DNA from: Takakia lepidozioides | Lineage: Eukaryota > Plantae > Bryophyta | Reading direction: 5' to 3' | DNA length: 64,000 nt | Assembly (NCBI GenBank): GCA_030704615.1 | Contig: CM060734.1 | Location: 14,260,001-14,324,000 of the forward strand | Shown here: positions 62,456-64,000 of the stretch, in pieces | Position numbering within the stretch: position 1 is the stretch's first letter | Layout: the number at the start of each line of letters is the position of its first letter | Notes under the pieces: model-generated | The model's input: the letters and a program-made list of their open reading frames with translations, nothing else | What the model was told of the DNA's origin: nothing | Database searches by the model: none | Made by a program: the position numbers and the translations under genes

Positions 62456-63980
62456 TCATTCGTTACCTACATCCAAATTGACATGCTGGGAGACACTTTG
62501 AGAGCGAGTTGGGCTCTGAGTTCGGCCTCTGCCTCCGCTGTTTTTTCTTGGAGACGGGCTTTTAGTCCTGCCTCTGTCACACTGTCCATTTTGCGGGGGA
62601 TGGGCTCTTAGTCCTCCCTCTGTGTCCGCTATCTTTGTGGGACACGGGCTCTTTGTCCTCGCTCTCTCTACCCTCTCTTTCGCGGAGACAGGGGACATTG
62701 GTGTCGGCTCGTCCCCTTCTACAGGTTTGAACCAGTCGTCTGCACTCCCAATAAAATTGCCGCGCACCTCGATTGAGCTCGCCTCCGCACCCCTTGATGG
62801 TGAAGCAGGATTACTCTTAGTTCTCTCGCTTGAACTCGACGAATCCCCATCCAGAATCAACATTGTGGACCGCAACAAATCTTGGGTGATGTTCTCAATA
62901 CCATCCTGTGACTGAATTCTGAAGTCCTAAATACATCTAGGTGTCCAGCCTCCCAACGGTCTGCATTGTCACCATCGTGGCCTCGTTGTCCCCGTTACCA
63001 TCGATGCCTCGTCCTCCTCTACGTGTTCGGAATGTCCGCCTCCTTCTTCCAAGTCTTCATCTTCCTCCTCCTCATCCTCATCATCGTCTCCGCCGTCAAC
63101 CTCTTCAGCAATATTGTCATTCTTTAAATTAGCTTCAACTTTTTCTTTGCAAAACCTTTTCTTGGTTGAGTGGTTGATGTCAAGCACTTGAATGTTTCTT
63201 GCCTGCAGATAAACCCAGTCAGTAAAACAAAGGACGTGTTCGATCAAAAATGTAAAATTCGTATTTAAAATGCAAAAAGGTTTTAACTTACATGAAGGGC
63301 GTATGTCAACATCACGCCTCCGAAGATGTTGACAGCGGACATCTCGTCTCGACAAAACAGGGAGGCCAAATAGTCATATGTGTCAGCTCATAGCTCATGA
63401 TTATAAGTCCTGCACTCTTCTTCAGAAGCTGATGGCTTCTCAGAGGGCCCTTCCAGAATCGGCTGTATTGGCTTGATTAACAGTACGGTGGAGATGTGCT
63501 CGTCGGACATCTCGTCTCGACAAAACAGGGAGGCCAAATAGTCATATGTGTCAGCTCATAGCTCATGATTATAAGTTCTTCAGAAGCTGATGGCTTCTCA
63601 GAGGGCCCTTCCAGAATCGGCTGTATTGGCTTGATTAACAGTACGGTGGAGATGTGCTCGTCCGGATTCTGCATCTCCTCAGGTGTCGCTGGAAAAACAT
63701 AGTCCAGGCACAGTACAGTCCGAGAGAAAGTCTTCGTGCTGTTTTTGTAAATATTTTCATACTCTCCCGGAACATAAAATCCCTGACGGACAAAATACGA
63801 TGTTCTTCCGGGACCATTTTGGATGTAGGAGACCAGATTGGCCGAGGACGGTTGCGTCGAGAAGAAAACAAAAGCACTCGTGTTCATTTTCTGAGCCACA
63901 AAGGCCTCCAGTATGTTCACATAATCGTTGGACTCAAATACAATAGAGTCGTCTTCAGAAACTATATTGACGAACACCAT
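62456..63980 (-). pseudogene. Decayed intron-containing gene of unknown function with acidic and Ser/Pro/Arg-rich tracts
   Basis: Collinear minus ORFs 63980-63477, ~63205-62969 (DDDEDEEEEDED) and 62878-62456; acceptor-like TATCTGCAG near 63205. Confidence 0.4.
63336..63662 (+). repeat. Recent ~160-168 bp tandem duplication
   Basis: CGGACATCTCGTCTCGAC..GATGTGCTCGTC at 63336-63503 and 63504-63662; near-identical apart from a ~9-bp indel. Confidence 0.95.
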
Positions 63981-64000
63981 TGCTATGTTGTCAAACCGTT

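Overview
Repeat-dense eukaryotic nuclear DNA from a land plant. A non-seed plant such as a moss is likely, inferred from the HEC-like bHLH, moss-style PLS-PPR motifs, a Dualen-type LINE and a PHD-bearing gypsy element. Only one intact host gene is supported: a two-exon HECATE-like bHLH (33236-32001 + 31150-30908, minus). The rest is nested mobile DNA: an L1 fragment; a ~7 kb higher-order satellite with fold-back inversions, interrupted by a circularly permuted 3.67 kb insert; a DUF659/hAT transposase plus a RING-H2 accessory gene, each preceded by an array of GC-rich palindromes; a decayed full-length copia; a long-TIR element with a 6-bp TSD; a Dualen/RandI LINE end; three gypsy remnants; a Helentron-like OTU/Zn-finger fragment; and a region with two FCP1-like phosphatase pseudogenes, a 54-bp hairpin array and a dispersed 24-bp palindrome. 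The most notable observations are largely invisible in the ORF track: (1) OSB-type PDF ssDNA-binding motifs, each split by an intron, fused to a PLS-class PPR tract; (2) the hAT/RING element with palindrome arrays upstream of both genes; (3) the palindrome-marked FCP1 cargo region; (4) the Helentron-type OTU remnant. All family calls come from motif recognition by eye; no database searches were run.
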